From Parcubacteria group bacterium (GTDB lineage: Bacteria; Patescibacteriota; Minisyncoccia; 2-02-FULL-40-12), in the NCBI GenBank assembly GCA_016186395.1, contig JACPLU010000001.1:5036-69035 (forward strand): a DNA stretch of 64,000 nucleotides, given 5' to 3'. The notes beneath the pieces were generated by a model, which ran no database searches, was not told where the DNA came from, and worked only from the letters and a program-made list of their open reading frames with translations. Below, piece after piece: positions 20,293 to 29,005 of this stretch; the first letter of the stretch is position 1; every line of letters starts with the position of its first letter. The translations under genes were made by a program, and so were the position numbers.

Positions 20293-20350
20293 CTTGCCAT
20301 AATTCATGGTTCGAGCTTCAAGCTTCATGTTTCATGAATAGGTGGCAAGC
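20293..20350. repeat. Family B repeat (TTCATGTTTCA/GTTTCAAG units) inside a 7-bp hairpin cttgcca...tggcaag
   Basis: cttgccataattcatggttcgagcttcaagcttcatgtttcatgaataggtggcaag. Confidence 0.75.
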
Positions 20351-20477
20351 GATAAGGTAGTAATGCCTTAGTAAATGAAAATTATGGTTTTACCGTTACT
20401 AAAGCCAGACTAAAATTAAAGTATACAAAGATTTAGCGTTTTTATTATGCCCAGCTAAATCTGGGTTTTTTGTTGAA

Positions 20478-21113
20478 ATGACTAAGTTTATTCTAGGTAA
20501 AAAAATCGGTATGTCGCAAGTATTTAAAGAAGACGGAGCGGTTATTCCGGTTACTTTAGTTGAAGCCGGACCAGTTACAGTCACCAAGCTTAGGACAAAA
20601 GAAAAAGACGGTTATGAAGCGATCCAGATAGGATCGCAAAAATCAAAAATCAAAAATCCCCGGCCTCGCCAAGCGAAGCGGGGCGGGCAAAAATCAAAAT
20701 TTGAGAACCTGAAAGAATTTAAACCCAAGTTTCAAGATTCAAGTTTCAAGATTCAAGACTTCACTCTTGGTCAAAAAATTGATGTATCTATTTTTGAAGA
20801 AGGAGAAGTTGTAAAAATTAGCGGAGTTTCTAAGGGTAAGGGTTTTCAAGGAGGAGTGAAACGTCATGGATTTCACGGTATGCCGGCAAGTCATGGTCAT
20901 AAGCATGTTACTCGTACTCCAGGATCAATCGGGCAGAGGTTTCCACAGCACACTCTTAAAGGAACAAGAATGGCTGGTCATATGGGTCATGAAAGGGTAA
21001 CTGTTGAGGGGTTAAAAGTTGTTAAGGTAGACAAGGAAAATAATATTTTATTGATAAAAGGAGCGATTCCGGGTAGACGGGGAACTCTAGTTGAGATTGT
21101 TAATGATAATTAA
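20478..21113 (+). CDS. rplC: 50S ribosomal protein uL3 (contains an in-frame family B-like tandem unit at 20728-20760)
   Basis: GKKIGMSQVF...VTKGKGFQG...HGSIGQRFPQ. The internal aagtttcaagattcaagtttcaagattcaagac encodes KFQDSSFKIQDF. Confidence 0.95.
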   Translation: MTKFILGKKIGMSQVFKEDGAVIPVTLVEAGPVTVTKLRTKEKDGYEAIQIGSQKSKIKNPRPRQAKRGGQKSKFENLKEFKPKFQDSSFKIQDFTLGQKIDVSIFEEGEVVKISGVSKGKGFQGGVKRHGFHGMPASHGHKHVTRTPGSIGQRFPQHTLKGTRMAGHMGHERVTVEGLKVVKVDKENNILLIKGAIPGRRGTLVEIVNDN

Positions 21114-21116
21114 ATC

Positions 21117-21776
21117 ATGAAGACGGATTTATATAATCAAGAAGGAGAAGTTATTCAGAAAATCGAAATTCCCGATAAGATTTTTAACATTTCAATAAAT
21201 CAAGATTTAATACATCAAGCAGTACTAGCCCAGGATGCAAATTCAAGGTTGTCATTGGCACATGCAAAAGATAGGTCAGAAGTAAGGGGAGGGGGAAAAA
21301 AACCTTGGCGGCAAAAGGGTACTGGTCGTGCCAGGCATGGTTCCATTCGTTCACCTATTTGGGTTGGGGGTGGGGTAACCCACGGGCCTCTTAAGTCCAA
21401 GATATTTCAAAAGAAAATTAATAAAATAATGAAAAGAAATGCTTTGTTAATGGCTCTTTCCTCAAAAGTTAAGGATAGCCAGGTTTTGTTTGTAGATAAA
21501 TTATCACCGAAAGATTATAAAACAAAACAACTGGTTTCTATTTTAAATCGTCTTTCAAGTAAACTTCAAAATTATAAAAAGACAAAAATAAAACAAGATA
21601 GCATTTTAATTTTAAGCAATGGTCAAGATAAAAATTTAAATATTGCTTCCAAGAATATTCCCTATTTGTTAAATCTGAGATCTGACAGTTTAAATATAAA
21701 AGATGTTTTGGTTAATAAGTATTTAATTGTGTTAGAAGAGGCGATACCTACAATAGAAAAGATGTATTTAAGGTAA
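21117..21776 (+). CDS. rplD: 50S ribosomal protein uL4
   Basis: RGGGKKPWRQKGTGRARHGS. Confidence 0.95.
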   Translation: MKTDLYNQEGEVIQKIEIPDKIFNISINQDLIHQAVLAQDANSRLSLAHAKDRSEVRGGGKKPWRQKGTGRARHGSIRSPIWVGGGVTHGPLKSKIFQKKINKIMKRNALLMALSSKVKDSQVLFVDKLSPKDYKTKQLVSILNRLSSKLQNYKKTKIKQDSILILSNGQDKNLNIASKNIPYLLNLRSDSLNIKDVLVNKYLIVLEEAIPTIEKMYLR

Positions 21777-21786
21777 AATTTTAAAC

Positions 21787-22206
21787 ATGGCACTATTTAA
21801 AAAGTCTAAAAAAGAAAAAGAAGAAAAAATGAAAATCGAAGAAAGCGATAAGTTTTTAGATAACGGCAAAAAGTCTAAAGATAACGATGGCGCAAAAACC
21901 TTTTTGCCTAAAGGCAAAGACTCAAAGTCTTATTTATTAATAAAAATACCTCATACTACAGAAAAAGCGGTATTTTTAAAACAAAGTAGAAATCAGTACA
22001 CGTTTGAAGTCTTTCCTAATGCAAATAAGAATGAGATTAAAAAAGCAGTAGAAAGATTGTATGAAGTTAAAGTAAAGAAAGTTATGGTAACCAGAACTTC
22101 AGGAAAGGTTCGTCAGCTCGGTCGTTTTACAGGTTTTAAGTCCGGTATTAAGAAAGCTGTAGTTGTTCTTGCGAAGGGTCATAAAATAGATATTTTATCA
22201 ACATGA
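21787..22206 (+). CDS. rplW: 50S ribosomal protein uL23 with a lysine-rich N-terminal extension
   Basis: YTFEVFPNANKNEIKKAVERLYEVKVKKV. Confidence 0.9.
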   Translation: MALFKKSKKEKEEKMKIEESDKFLDNGKKSKDNDGAKTFLPKGKDSKSYLLIKIPHTTEKAVFLKQSRNQYTFEVFPNANKNEIKKAVERLYEVKVKKVMVTRTSGKVRQLGRFTGFKSGIKKAVVVLAKGHKIDILST

Positions 22207-23033
22207 TAAAAAAATATAATCCTACAACTCCTGGCAGAAGACAGATGACAGGTTATGATTTTTCTAACTTAAGCAAAGTTGAGCCTTTAAGATCTTTAAA
22301 AATGGGCTTGAGAAGGTCAGTTGGTAGGAATAATCAAGGAAGAATCACTACTCTTCATAAAGGGGGTGGAGTAAAACGTTCTTATAGAATGATTGATTTT
22401 AACCAACTTGATAAGTTAGATATTCCGGCCAGAGTGGAAACGATTGAATATGATCCGAATCGTTCCGCTAGGATTGCTAGAATTCTCTATCTCGATGGAT
22501 CAAGAAGCTATATTCTTGCTCCCGATAGTTTAAAAGCTGGAGATCGTGTAACCTCATTTTCTAAAACCGGATCTTTAGCGGTTGGCAATAGGTTAAAACT
22601 GCGCTATATTCCACAAGGCACCCAAATATATAATATAGAGTTACAACCTGGAAAAGGTGGGCAGATTGTTCGTTCTGCCGGTTCAACGGCTCAAATGTTA
22701 GCTGTTGAAGATGACAAATATGTACAGGTTAAAATGCCTTCTGGTGAGGTCCGTCGTTTCTTGGCTGACTCGATGGCAAGCATTGGGCAATTATCAAACC
22801 AAGAGCATATGCATATTAGTTTAGGCAAAGCAGGAAGGTCACGCTGGTTAGGTCGTAGGCCGGCTGTGCGTGGAACAGCCATGAATCCAGTTGATCATCC
22901 TCATGGAGGAGGTGAAGGAAAACAGCCATTGGGAATGCCACCAAAGACTCCGTGGGGGAAAAAGGCTATGGGAGTTAAAACTAGGAAAAGAAAGAAAATA
23001 AGTAACAGATTAATAGTAAAGAGAAGAAAATAA
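22203..23033 (+). CDS. rplB: 50S ribosomal protein uL2
   Basis: GRNNQGRIT..HKGGG, VDHPHGGGEGK. Confidence 0.97.
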   Translation: MIKKYNPTTPGRRQMTGYDFSNLSKVEPLRSLKMGLRRSVGRNNQGRITTLHKGGGVKRSYRMIDFNQLDKLDIPARVETIEYDPNRSARIARILYLDGSRSYILAPDSLKAGDRVTSFSKTGSLAVGNRLKLRYIPQGTQIYNIELQPGKGGQIVRSAGSTAQMLAVEDDKYVQVKMPSGEVRRFLADSMASIGQLSNQEHMHISLGKAGRSRWLGRRPAVRGTAMNPVDHPHGGGEGKQPLGMPPKTPWGKKAMGVKTRKRKKISNRLIVKRRK

Positions 23034-23039
23034 AATTAT

Positions 23040-23387
23040 ATGTCTAGAAGTCTGAAAAAGGGACCATATGTAAATCCGAAGCTGTTAAAAAAAATAGCTA
23101 AACTTCGTGCTGGCGACAAAACAATTATAAAAACTTGGGCTAGAAGTTCAACCATTACTCCTGAAATGGTTGGATTTACTTTTGGAGTGCACAACGGAAA
23201 AATTCATATACCGGTTTTGATAACAGAAGAAATAGTTGGCCACAAGTTAGGAGAGTTTGCGCACACAAGAAGGTTTAGCCGTCATGGTGGTCGTATGCAG
23301 AGAGAATTGGAAGCCGCGGCCAAACAAAGAGAAGTTGACGCAGCAAAGGCGGCAAAGACAGCAACAGAAGAAAAAGGTGGAAAGTAA
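23040..23387 (+). CDS. rpsS: 30S ribosomal protein uS19 with a C-terminal extension
   Basis: SLKKGPYV...[30 protein letters not shown]. Confidence 0.95.
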   Translation: MSRSLKKGPYVNPKLLKKIAKLRAGDKTIIKTWARSSTITPEMVGFTFGVHNGKIHIPVLITEEIVGHKLGEFAHTRRFSRHGGRMQRELEAAAKQREVDAAKAAKTATEEKGGK

Positions 23388-23455
23388 AAACGTGAAACCT
23401 GAATCATGAAACTTTAAATTTAAGAATGTTTCAAGTTATAGGTTTCAAGTTGTAG
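23388..23455. repeat. Family B repeat
   Basis: aaacgtgaaacctgaatcatgaaactttaaatttaagaatgtttcaagttataggtttcaagttg. Confidence 0.75.
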
Positions 23456-23457
23456 AA

Positions 23458-24021
23458 TTGCAGGTAACCGCACAACTAAATCAGTTAAGAATTGCACCGA
23501 GAAAGGTCAGAATAGTAGCACATCAATTACGTGGGCTTGATATAGTATCGGCCAAAAGTAAATTGAAATATGTGATAAGACGAGCGAGTCATCCGATTGA
23601 AAAGTTGCTTGATTCGGCAATATCAAATGCTGTGAATAATCATGGTCTTGATAAGGATTCACTTTTCATAAAAGATTTGGTGGTAAATGAGGGTAGAAAG
23701 TTAAAACGTTTTAAGGCTAGAGGATTTGGCATGACCATGCCTATTCAAAGAAAATCAAGTAACTTAAGGATAGTTTTAGACCAATTGTCAGAAGAAAAAT
23801 TAGAAAAGATTAAAACAAGATTGTCTAGAAGAAAAGTTTTAAATCAAATGCCTGAAGTTAAGGAATTGAAACAAGGTTTAGAAACGGAAAAAAGGAAGTC
23901 TTCTGATAAAGAATATGAAAAGCCCAGGTTTACCGAGAAACAGAGTCTAGGTAAAAATAAAAGTTTTCTCGGAGGCATAAAGGGTTTAAGTAGAAAGATG
24001 TTTAGAAGAAAATCAGTGTAA
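23458..24021 (+). CDS. rplV: 50S ribosomal protein uL22 with a roughly 70-aa basic C-terminal extension (TTG start)
   Basis: RIAPRKVRIVAHQLRG...AISNAVNN...FKARGFG. Confidence 0.9.
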   Translation: MQVTAQLNQLRIAPRKVRIVAHQLRGLDIVSAKSKLKYVIRRASHPIEKLLDSAISNAVNNHGLDKDSLFIKDLVVNEGRKLKRFKARGFGMTMPIQRKSSNLRIVLDQLSEEKLEKIKTRLSRRKVLNQMPEVKELKQGLETEKRKSSDKEYEKPRFTEKQSLGKNKSFLGGIKGLSRKMFRRKSV

Positions 24022-24022
24022 A

Positions 24023-24117
24023 ATCGATTCAAATATACAAATTGATGCGAATGATACGAATCAGACTAGAGACAAATGAATGCTATTCGTATAATTAGTA
24101 TATTTGTATCGCAGAAT
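24023..24117. repeat. Family D leader-like repeat (about 90 bp), copy 2
   Basis: aaaatcgattcaaatatacaaattgatgcgaatgatacgaatc...gtataattagtatatttgtatcgcag. Its first 44 bp match 26152-26196 at 41/44 bp. Confidence 0.8.
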
Positions 24118-24747
24118 TTGGCACAAAAAAATTCACCCATCGCAAATAGGCTTGGAATTATCGAGGATTGGAGATCTCGGTGGTTTTCTATTAAAAACTA
24201 CAAATCCTATCTTCATGATGATTTGAGAATCCGTGAATATTTAGACAAGCGGTTACGGGGTTTTTCTGTGGACAAGATAGAAATTGAAAGAAGCCCGGGC
24301 CAGTTAATGTTGCGTCTATGGACTGCTAGGCCGGGTTTGATTATTGGTCGTGGGGGTACTGGTATAGAAGAGTTGAAAAGCGAGTTGGAGTCAATTATTG
24401 AAGATAAAACGAGAGTTAGACTCGAAGTTCAAGAAATAAAAAAACCGACGATGTCTGCCGCTATTGTAGCCGAACAGATTGCCGAACAGATTGAAAGAAG
24501 GGTGCCATTTAGAAGAACGATGAAACAGGCCTTCGCAAAAATTATTGCTAATCCTGAAGTTAAGGGAGCCAAAATTCAAATTTCTGGAAGGCTGGACGGG
24601 AGCGAGATTGCCAGAGAAGAACATACTGAATCAGGCCTACTTCCTTTACAGACATTGAGGGAAAAAATTGATTATGCTCAAAATACTGCTTTTACAACTT
24701 ATGGCACCGTAGGAATCAAGGTGTGGATCTATAAACCAGGCGACTAA
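24076..24747 (+). CDS. rpsC: 30S ribosomal protein uS3 (the track start lies inside repeat D; probable true start is TTG at 24118)
   Basis: IANRLGIIEDWRSRWF...KH-domain GRGG...TMKQAFA...GRLDGSEIAR. The first 14 codons are encoded by the repeat. Confidence 0.9.
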   Translation: MNAIRIISIFVSQNLAQKNSPIANRLGIIEDWRSRWFSIKNYKSYLHDDLRIREYLDKRLRGFSVDKIEIERSPGQLMLRLWTARPGLIIGRGGTGIEELKSELESIIEDKTRVRLEVQEIKKPTMSAAIVAEQIAEQIERRVPFRRTMKQAFAKIIANPEVKGAKIQISGRLDGSEIAREEHTESGLLPLQTLREKIDYAQNTAFTTYGTVGIKVWIYKPGD

Positions 24748-24832
24748 AGACCAAAGTCTAAAGCTCAGTGATTAAAGACCAAAGCCAGAAATTTAATTAG
24801 CCTTAGCCTTTAGTCATTAAACTTTAGACAAG
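24743..24832. repeat. Family A hairpin repeat (the rpsC stop codon lies inside it)
   Basis: gactaaagaccaaagtctaaag...ctttagtcattaaactttagac. Confidence 0.8.
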
Positions 24833-24838
24833 TTTTGT

Positions 24839-25243
24839 ATGCTTCAACCCAAAAGATTAAAACATCGAAAGGTATTTCGTCGGCACATAGCGCCGGTTGC
24901 TTCGCGTGGTAATTATATTTCTTTTGGATCCTTTGGGTTAAAGACAGAAGAGTCGTATTGGCTTAAAGCAAATCAGATTGAGGCGGCTAGAAAAAGTATA
25001 ACAAGATATTTAGAAAAGGGTGGTAAGTTATGGATTAGGGTTTTTCCCCATGTTCCTCAAACTGCTAAAAGTGCAGAAGTTGGAATGGGCGGAGGTTCAG
25101 GACCAATAGTTGGTTTTTCGGCTCCAGTTGAAGCAGGAAGAATTTTATTTGAGATAGATGGAGTCGACGAAAAGGTTGCCAGAGAAGCTTTCAGACTGGC
25201 TAGCAGTAAGCTGCCGGTAAAAACAAGATTTATAAAAAAGTAA
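24839..25243 (+). CDS. rplP: 50S ribosomal protein uL16
   Basis: MLQPKRLKHRKVFRR...G. Confidence 0.95.
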   Translation: MLQPKRLKHRKVFRRHIAPVASRGNYISFGSFGLKTEESYWLKANQIEAARKSITRYLEKGGKLWIRVFPHVPQTAKSAEVGMGGGSGPIVGFSAPVEAGRILFEIDGVDEKVAREAFRLASSKLPVKTRFIKK

Positions 25244-25250
25244 TATAATT

Positions 25251-25460
25251 ATGGCTACCAAATTTAAAGAATTTAAACAAAAAACGATATTAGAACTGAA
25301 TAACCTTTTGAATGAAAAGAAGGTTGAACTTGGCCATTTGCGGTTCCAGTTGCAAGATAAACAGTTAAAAAACGTTAACAAGATTAAAGAAACAAAAAGA
25401 GATGTAGCGAGAATTAAAACTTTATTGTCCAATAAAGACGTTAAGTTGGTCCAAAAATAA
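25251..25460 (+). CDS. rpmC: 50S ribosomal protein uL29
   Basis: Position and size match; L29 coiled-coil pattern (ELNNLLNEKKVELGHLRFQL). Confidence 0.85.
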   Translation: MATKFKEFKQKTILELNNLLNEKKVELGHLRFQLQDKQLKNVNKIKETKRDVARIKTLLSNKDVKLVQK

Positions 25461-25711
25461 TGGATAACCCTAAAATTAAAATAAAACGCAAGCTCAAGGG
25501 AGTTATAGTATCTGATAAAATGCAGAAAACTGTTGTGGTGTCCATAACCAGATTAAAGAAACATCCAAAGTATAAGAAATTTTATAAAATAACCAATCGT
25601 TTTAAAGCTCATGATGAAAAAAATGAATATAAGGTTGGTGAAAGGGTTATCATTCAAGAAACCAGGCCGATATCAAAAGAGAAGCACTGGAGAGTTGCGG
25701 GCAGGGTTTAG
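25460..25711 (+). CDS. rpsQ: 30S ribosomal protein uS17
   Basis: GVIVSDKMQKTVVVSITRLKKHPKYKKF. Confidence 0.9.
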   Translation: MDNPKIKIKRKLKGVIVSDKMQKTVVVSITRLKKHPKYKKFYKITNRFKAHDEKNEYKVGERVIIQETRPISKEKHWRVAGRV

Positions 25712-25800
25712 AAATTTTAAACATGAAACTTGAAATTTGAAGCATTTCTAAATGTTCCATGATTCACGCTTCATGTTACATGATCCTTGATTCAACTTCG
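25712..25800. repeat. Family B repeat
   Basis: aaacatgaaacttgaaatttgaagc...gttccatgattcacgcttcatgttacatgatcc. Confidence 0.75.
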
Positions 25801-26152
25801 TTCAATGGTTCAGGTTGCAGATAATACCGGTGCTAAAAAAATCGGAGTTATTCGCGTACTCGGCGGTTCGTCCAGGAGATATGGTCAGATAGGAGATATA
25901 GTGGTCGGATCAATTAAAGAAGCAGAACCACGTAAACAGGTTAAGAAAAAAGATAAAGTTCGTTGTTTGATTGTCCGTCAGCGCAAGGCTTTTAGAAGAA
26001 AAGATGGTACGTATATAAAATTTGATGACAATTCAGTTGTAATTTTGGAAGGGAAAGAACCAAAGGGAGGAAGAATTTTTGGTCCTATTCCAAGAGAGAT
26101 TAAAGAATTAGGATATGCTACCATCGCTTCGTTGGCAGAAGAGCTGGTGTAA
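25787..26152 (+). CDS. rplN: 50S ribosomal protein uL14
   Basis: MIQ...VADNTGAKK...GGS. Confidence 0.95.
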   Translation: MIQLRSMVQVADNTGAKKIGVIRVLGGSSRRYGQIGDIVVGSIKEAEPRKQVKKKDKVRCLIVRQRKAFRRKDGTYIKFDDNSVVILEGKEPKGGRIFGPIPREIKELGYATIASLAEELV

Positions 26153-26236
26153 ACCGATTCAAATATACGAATTGATGCTAATGATACGAATCTTATTAGT
26201 ATAATTAGTATGCATTAGTATATTGGTATCGCGGAA
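26152..26236. repeat. Family D leader-like repeat, copy 3
   Basis: aaaccgattcaaatatacgaattgatgctaatgatacgaatc...attagtataattagtatgcattagtatattggtatcgcgg. Confidence 0.8.
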
Positions 26237-26542
26237 GTGAAATTACATAAAGGTGACAACGTAAAAATGTTATCTGGTAAAGACCATGGTAAACAGGGTA
26301 AGGTTTTGCGTGTTTTTCCTTTTGAAGAAAAGGTGGTTGTTGAAGGTCTTAATTTGGTTAAAAAACATGAGCGTGCAAAAAAGCAGGGGCAAAAAGGTCA
26401 AATTATTTCAGTTCCGAGGTTGGTGAATATTTCGAGTGTTGGTTTAGTTTGTAAAAATTGTGGTAAAGCAACAAGAGTTGGTTATAAATTTGAAGGAGAA
26501 AGAAAGGTTAGAATTTGTAAAAAGTGCGGAGCAGAAACTTAA
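26237..26542 (+). CDS. rplX: 50S ribosomal protein uL24 (GTG start) with a C-terminal Cys-rich tail
   Basis: KLHKGDNVKMLSGKDHGKQGKVLRV (KOW motif), then CKNCGK...CKKCG. Confidence 0.9.
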   Translation: MKLHKGDNVKMLSGKDHGKQGKVLRVFPFEEKVVVEGLNLVKKHERAKKQGQKGQIISVPRLVNISSVGLVCKNCGKATRVGYKFEGERKVRICKKCGAET

Positions 26543-26590
26543 AAAATGAGGTTGAAAAACGATATGTCGGCTTTATAAAAGCGATTTTTT

Positions 26591-27148
26591 ATGAAAAAAG
26601 AGTCAAATACACTTAAAGAGAAATATAAGAAAGAAGTAATTCCTGCGATGCAGGCTAAATTTGGTTATAAAAGCATTATGGCTATACCTAAGATTGAAAA
26701 AGTAACAGTAAATGTTGGGATTGGCAGGGCTTTAAAAGAAACAAATCAGAAGTTGATAGATCGGATAAAACATGATATAGCTACAATCACTGCTCAAAAG
26801 GCAGCACCGCGTAGAGCTAAAAAATCTATTGCTGGCTTTAAAACAAGGCAAGGGATGGTAGTTGGCTATCAGGTTACTTTAAGGGGGAAAAGAATGCTTG
26901 ATTTTATGGAACGTCTTATTAAAATCGCTCTGCCAAGAGTAAGGGATTTTAGAGGATTACCCGAATCTTTATTTGATCAGAATGGCAATTTAAATATAGG
27001 AATAAAAGAACAAAATATCTTTCCAGAAATAGAGTTTGAGTCGGCAAAAGATCTATTTGGTCTACAGATAACCATAACGACTTCAGCAAAAACTAAGGAA
27101 GAAGGAGTAGAATTGCTTAAATTGATGGGATTCCCGATTAAATCATGA
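26591..27148 (+). CDS. rplE: 50S ribosomal protein uL5
   Basis: PKIEKVTVNVGIG...GFKTRQGMVVG. Confidence 0.95.
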   Translation: MKKESNTLKEKYKKEVIPAMQAKFGYKSIMAIPKIEKVTVNVGIGRALKETNQKLIDRIKHDIATITAQKAAPRRAKKSIAGFKTRQGMVVGYQVTLRGKRMLDFMERLIKIALPRVRDFRGLPESLFDQNGNLNIGIKEQNIFPEIEFESAKDLFGLQITITTSAKTKEEGVELLKLMGFPIKS

Positions 27149-27214
27149 AGCATGTAGCATGTAACCCGAATCATTTAAAAAGTTTTAGGTTTCAGGTTTC
27201 AGGTTTTACGATTC
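27146..27214. repeat. Family B repeat supplying the rplE stop (TCATGA) and the rpsZ start (TTCATGG)
   Basis: aatcatgaagcatgtagcatgtaacc...gtttcaggtttcaggttttacgattcatgg. Confidence 0.75.
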
Positions 27215-27400
27215 ATGGCAAAAAAATCACTAATAGTTAGATTAAAAAAACCAAGAAAATTTCAGGTTCGTAGTAGGGGCCATTGTTTTATTTGTGGACG
27301 GACCCATGGATATTTGAGTAAATTTGGTCTTTGTAGGATACATTTTAGAGAATACGCTAATAGGGGTTTGATTCCAGGAGTAAAGAAGGCATCATGGTGA
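27215..27400 (+). CDS. rpsZ: 30S ribosomal protein uS14, zinc-binding type Z
   Basis: 61 aa, [23 protein letters not shown]. Confidence 0.9.
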   Translation: MAKKSLIVRLKKPRKFQVRSRGHCFICGRTHGYLSKFGLCRIHFREYANRGLIPGVKKASW

Positions 27401-27426
27401 TAATGTGCCTCACTAACGTTCGGCAC

Positions 27427-27477
27427 GACTAGGGACTAGGGACTAAAGCCTTAGACTATAGACATTAGACTTTAGAC
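27427..27477. repeat. Family A hairpin repeat
   Basis: gactagggactagggactaaagccttagactatagacattagactttagac. Confidence 0.75.
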
Positions 27478-27483
27478 AAAAAT

Positions 27484-27885
27484 ATGACTGACCCAATTTC
27501 GGATTTTTTTATAAGAATTAAGAATGCTTATGCTGCCAAAAAGGAGCGCGTATTGGTGCCGTTCTCAAATTTAAAGTTTGAAATTGCCAGCGAATTAGAA
27601 AGAGGGGGCTTTGTCCAGGAAATTGGAAAAAGAAAGAAAAAAGTTTTAAAGTCTAACCATTTATATCTGGACATAAAGTTAAAATATAAAGACAATGGCC
27701 CGGCGATGGAAGGATTAAGAATTTTTAGTTCTCCTTCAAGGCGTATCTATATAAAGTCTAAAGACATTAGACCAGTCAGGTCCGGTTATGGGATGGCTAT
27801 TTTATCTACACCAAAGGGTATAATGAGTGAAAAAGCAGCCAGAAAAGAGAATGTTGGCGGAGAACTGATTGCAGAAGTGTGGTAA
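27484..27885 (+). CDS. rpsH: 30S ribosomal protein uS8
   Basis: MTDPISDFFIRIKNA...GGELIAEVW. Confidence 0.95.
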   Translation: MTDPISDFFIRIKNAYAAKKERVLVPFSNLKFEIASELERGGFVQEIGKRKKKVLKSNHLYLDIKLKYKDNGPAMEGLRIFSSPSRRIYIKSKDIRPVRSGYGMAILSTPKGIMSEKAARKENVGGELIAEVW

Positions 27886-27889
27886 TAAA

Positions 27890-27950
27890 GTATTAAAAAT
27901 TAAACATCAAACCTTATTTTTGATTTTTGATTTTTGAATTTTAATTTTGT
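27890..27950. repeat. Family C repeat (TTTTGA/TCAAAA units)
   Basis: catcaaaccttatttttgatttttgatttttgaattttaattttgtttga. Confidence 0.7.
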
Positions 27951-28493
27951 TTGAGTCGTATAGGAAAAAAACCAATTCAGATACCACCTGGAGTTGACGC
28001 AAGAATCAACGATTTTTTGTTTTCAGCCAAAGGACCAAGAGGTCAGTTGGAAAAAAAGGTATACAATAAACTAGAAGTTCTTTTGGAAGATGAAAAAATT
28101 CTTTTAAAACCGTTGGCAACAGATAGGCATACTGCCGCAATGTGGGGGACTGAACACGCTCATATTAAGAACATGATAAAAGGAGTAACCGAAGGTTTTG
28201 AAAAAGTACTAGAGCTTGAAGGCATCGGATACAAAGCGGTTTTAAAAGACAATGGGCTTGATTTAAGCGTTGGTTTCAACAAGCCGATAACTGTTAAAGT
28301 TCCGGAGGGAATAACTTTTAGAGTAGAAAAAAATGCAATTTTTATTAACGGTAACAATAAACATTCTGTTGGTCAGATTGCTGCTGAAATAAGGAAAATT
28401 CGTCCACCCGAACCATATAAAGGAAAGGGGATTCGTTACCGAGGTGAAATTATTAAGAAAAAGGCTGGCAAGAAAGCTGTTTCAACAGGATAG
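27951..28493 (+). CDS. rplF: 50S ribosomal protein uL6 (TTG start)
   Basis: SRIGKKPIQIP. Confidence 0.95.
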   Translation: MSRIGKKPIQIPPGVDARINDFLFSAKGPRGQLEKKVYNKLEVLLEDEKILLKPLATDRHTAAMWGTEHAHIKNMIKGVTEGFEKVLELEGIGYKAVLKDNGLDLSVGFNKPITVKVPEGITFRVEKNAIFINGNNKHSVGQIAAEIRKIRPPEPYKGKGIRYRGEIIKKKAGKKAVSTG

Positions 28494-28504
28494 TTTTTAT
28501 AAGG

Positions 28505-28858
28505 ATGAATAGTAAAGAAAAACAATATAGAAAAACTAGAAGGCATAAAAGAATCAGAGCAAAAATCTCCGGAACTTTAGATTGTCCTCGTCTCTCAATA
28601 TTTAGAAGTAATCAGCATTTGTATTCTCAATTAATAGATGATATAAATGGCCGGACCCTTTTAAGTGTTTCTGATTTAAAGATTAAAAAACCTAAAACAT
28701 CTTTGAAGCAGAAAGCAAAAGATCTTGGCCTCCTTTTAGCTGAAAAGGCAAAGCAAGTAAACATAAAAACTGTTGTTTTTGATCGAGGAGGTTATAAATT
28801 TCACGGCATTATAAAAGAATTTGCAAATGCAGCAAGAGAAGGAGGCCTTAAATTTTAA
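28505..28858 (+). CDS. rplR: 50S ribosomal protein uL18
   Basis: RLSIFRSNQHLYSQLIDD...VFDRGGYKFHG. Confidence 0.95.
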   Translation: MNSKEKQYRKTRRHKRIRAKISGTLDCPRLSIFRSNQHLYSQLIDDINGRTLLSVSDLKIKKPKTSLKQKAKDLGLLLAEKAKQVNIKTVVFDRGGYKFHGIIKEFANAAREGGLKF

Positions 28859-28871
28859 ATTATAAAAATAC

Positions 28872-29004
28872 CCCGTAGTGAAAATTCGAAAGGATTTACA
28901 CATGCTAAGTCACTGTGGGGTTTAAGAGATGTAATATAAAAAGAGTTTGAATAATGTTAGCAGATTCTAAAAATCATAAAGCATTATTCGAATTTCTACT
29001 ACGG
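28872..29004. repeat. IR-flanked insert between rplR and rpsE (20-bp near-perfect inverted repeats enclosing 93 bp)
   Basis: ccccgtagtgaaaattcgaa (28872-28891) versus ttcgaatttctactacgggg (28985-29004). Confidence 0.6.
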
Positions 29005-29005
29005 G

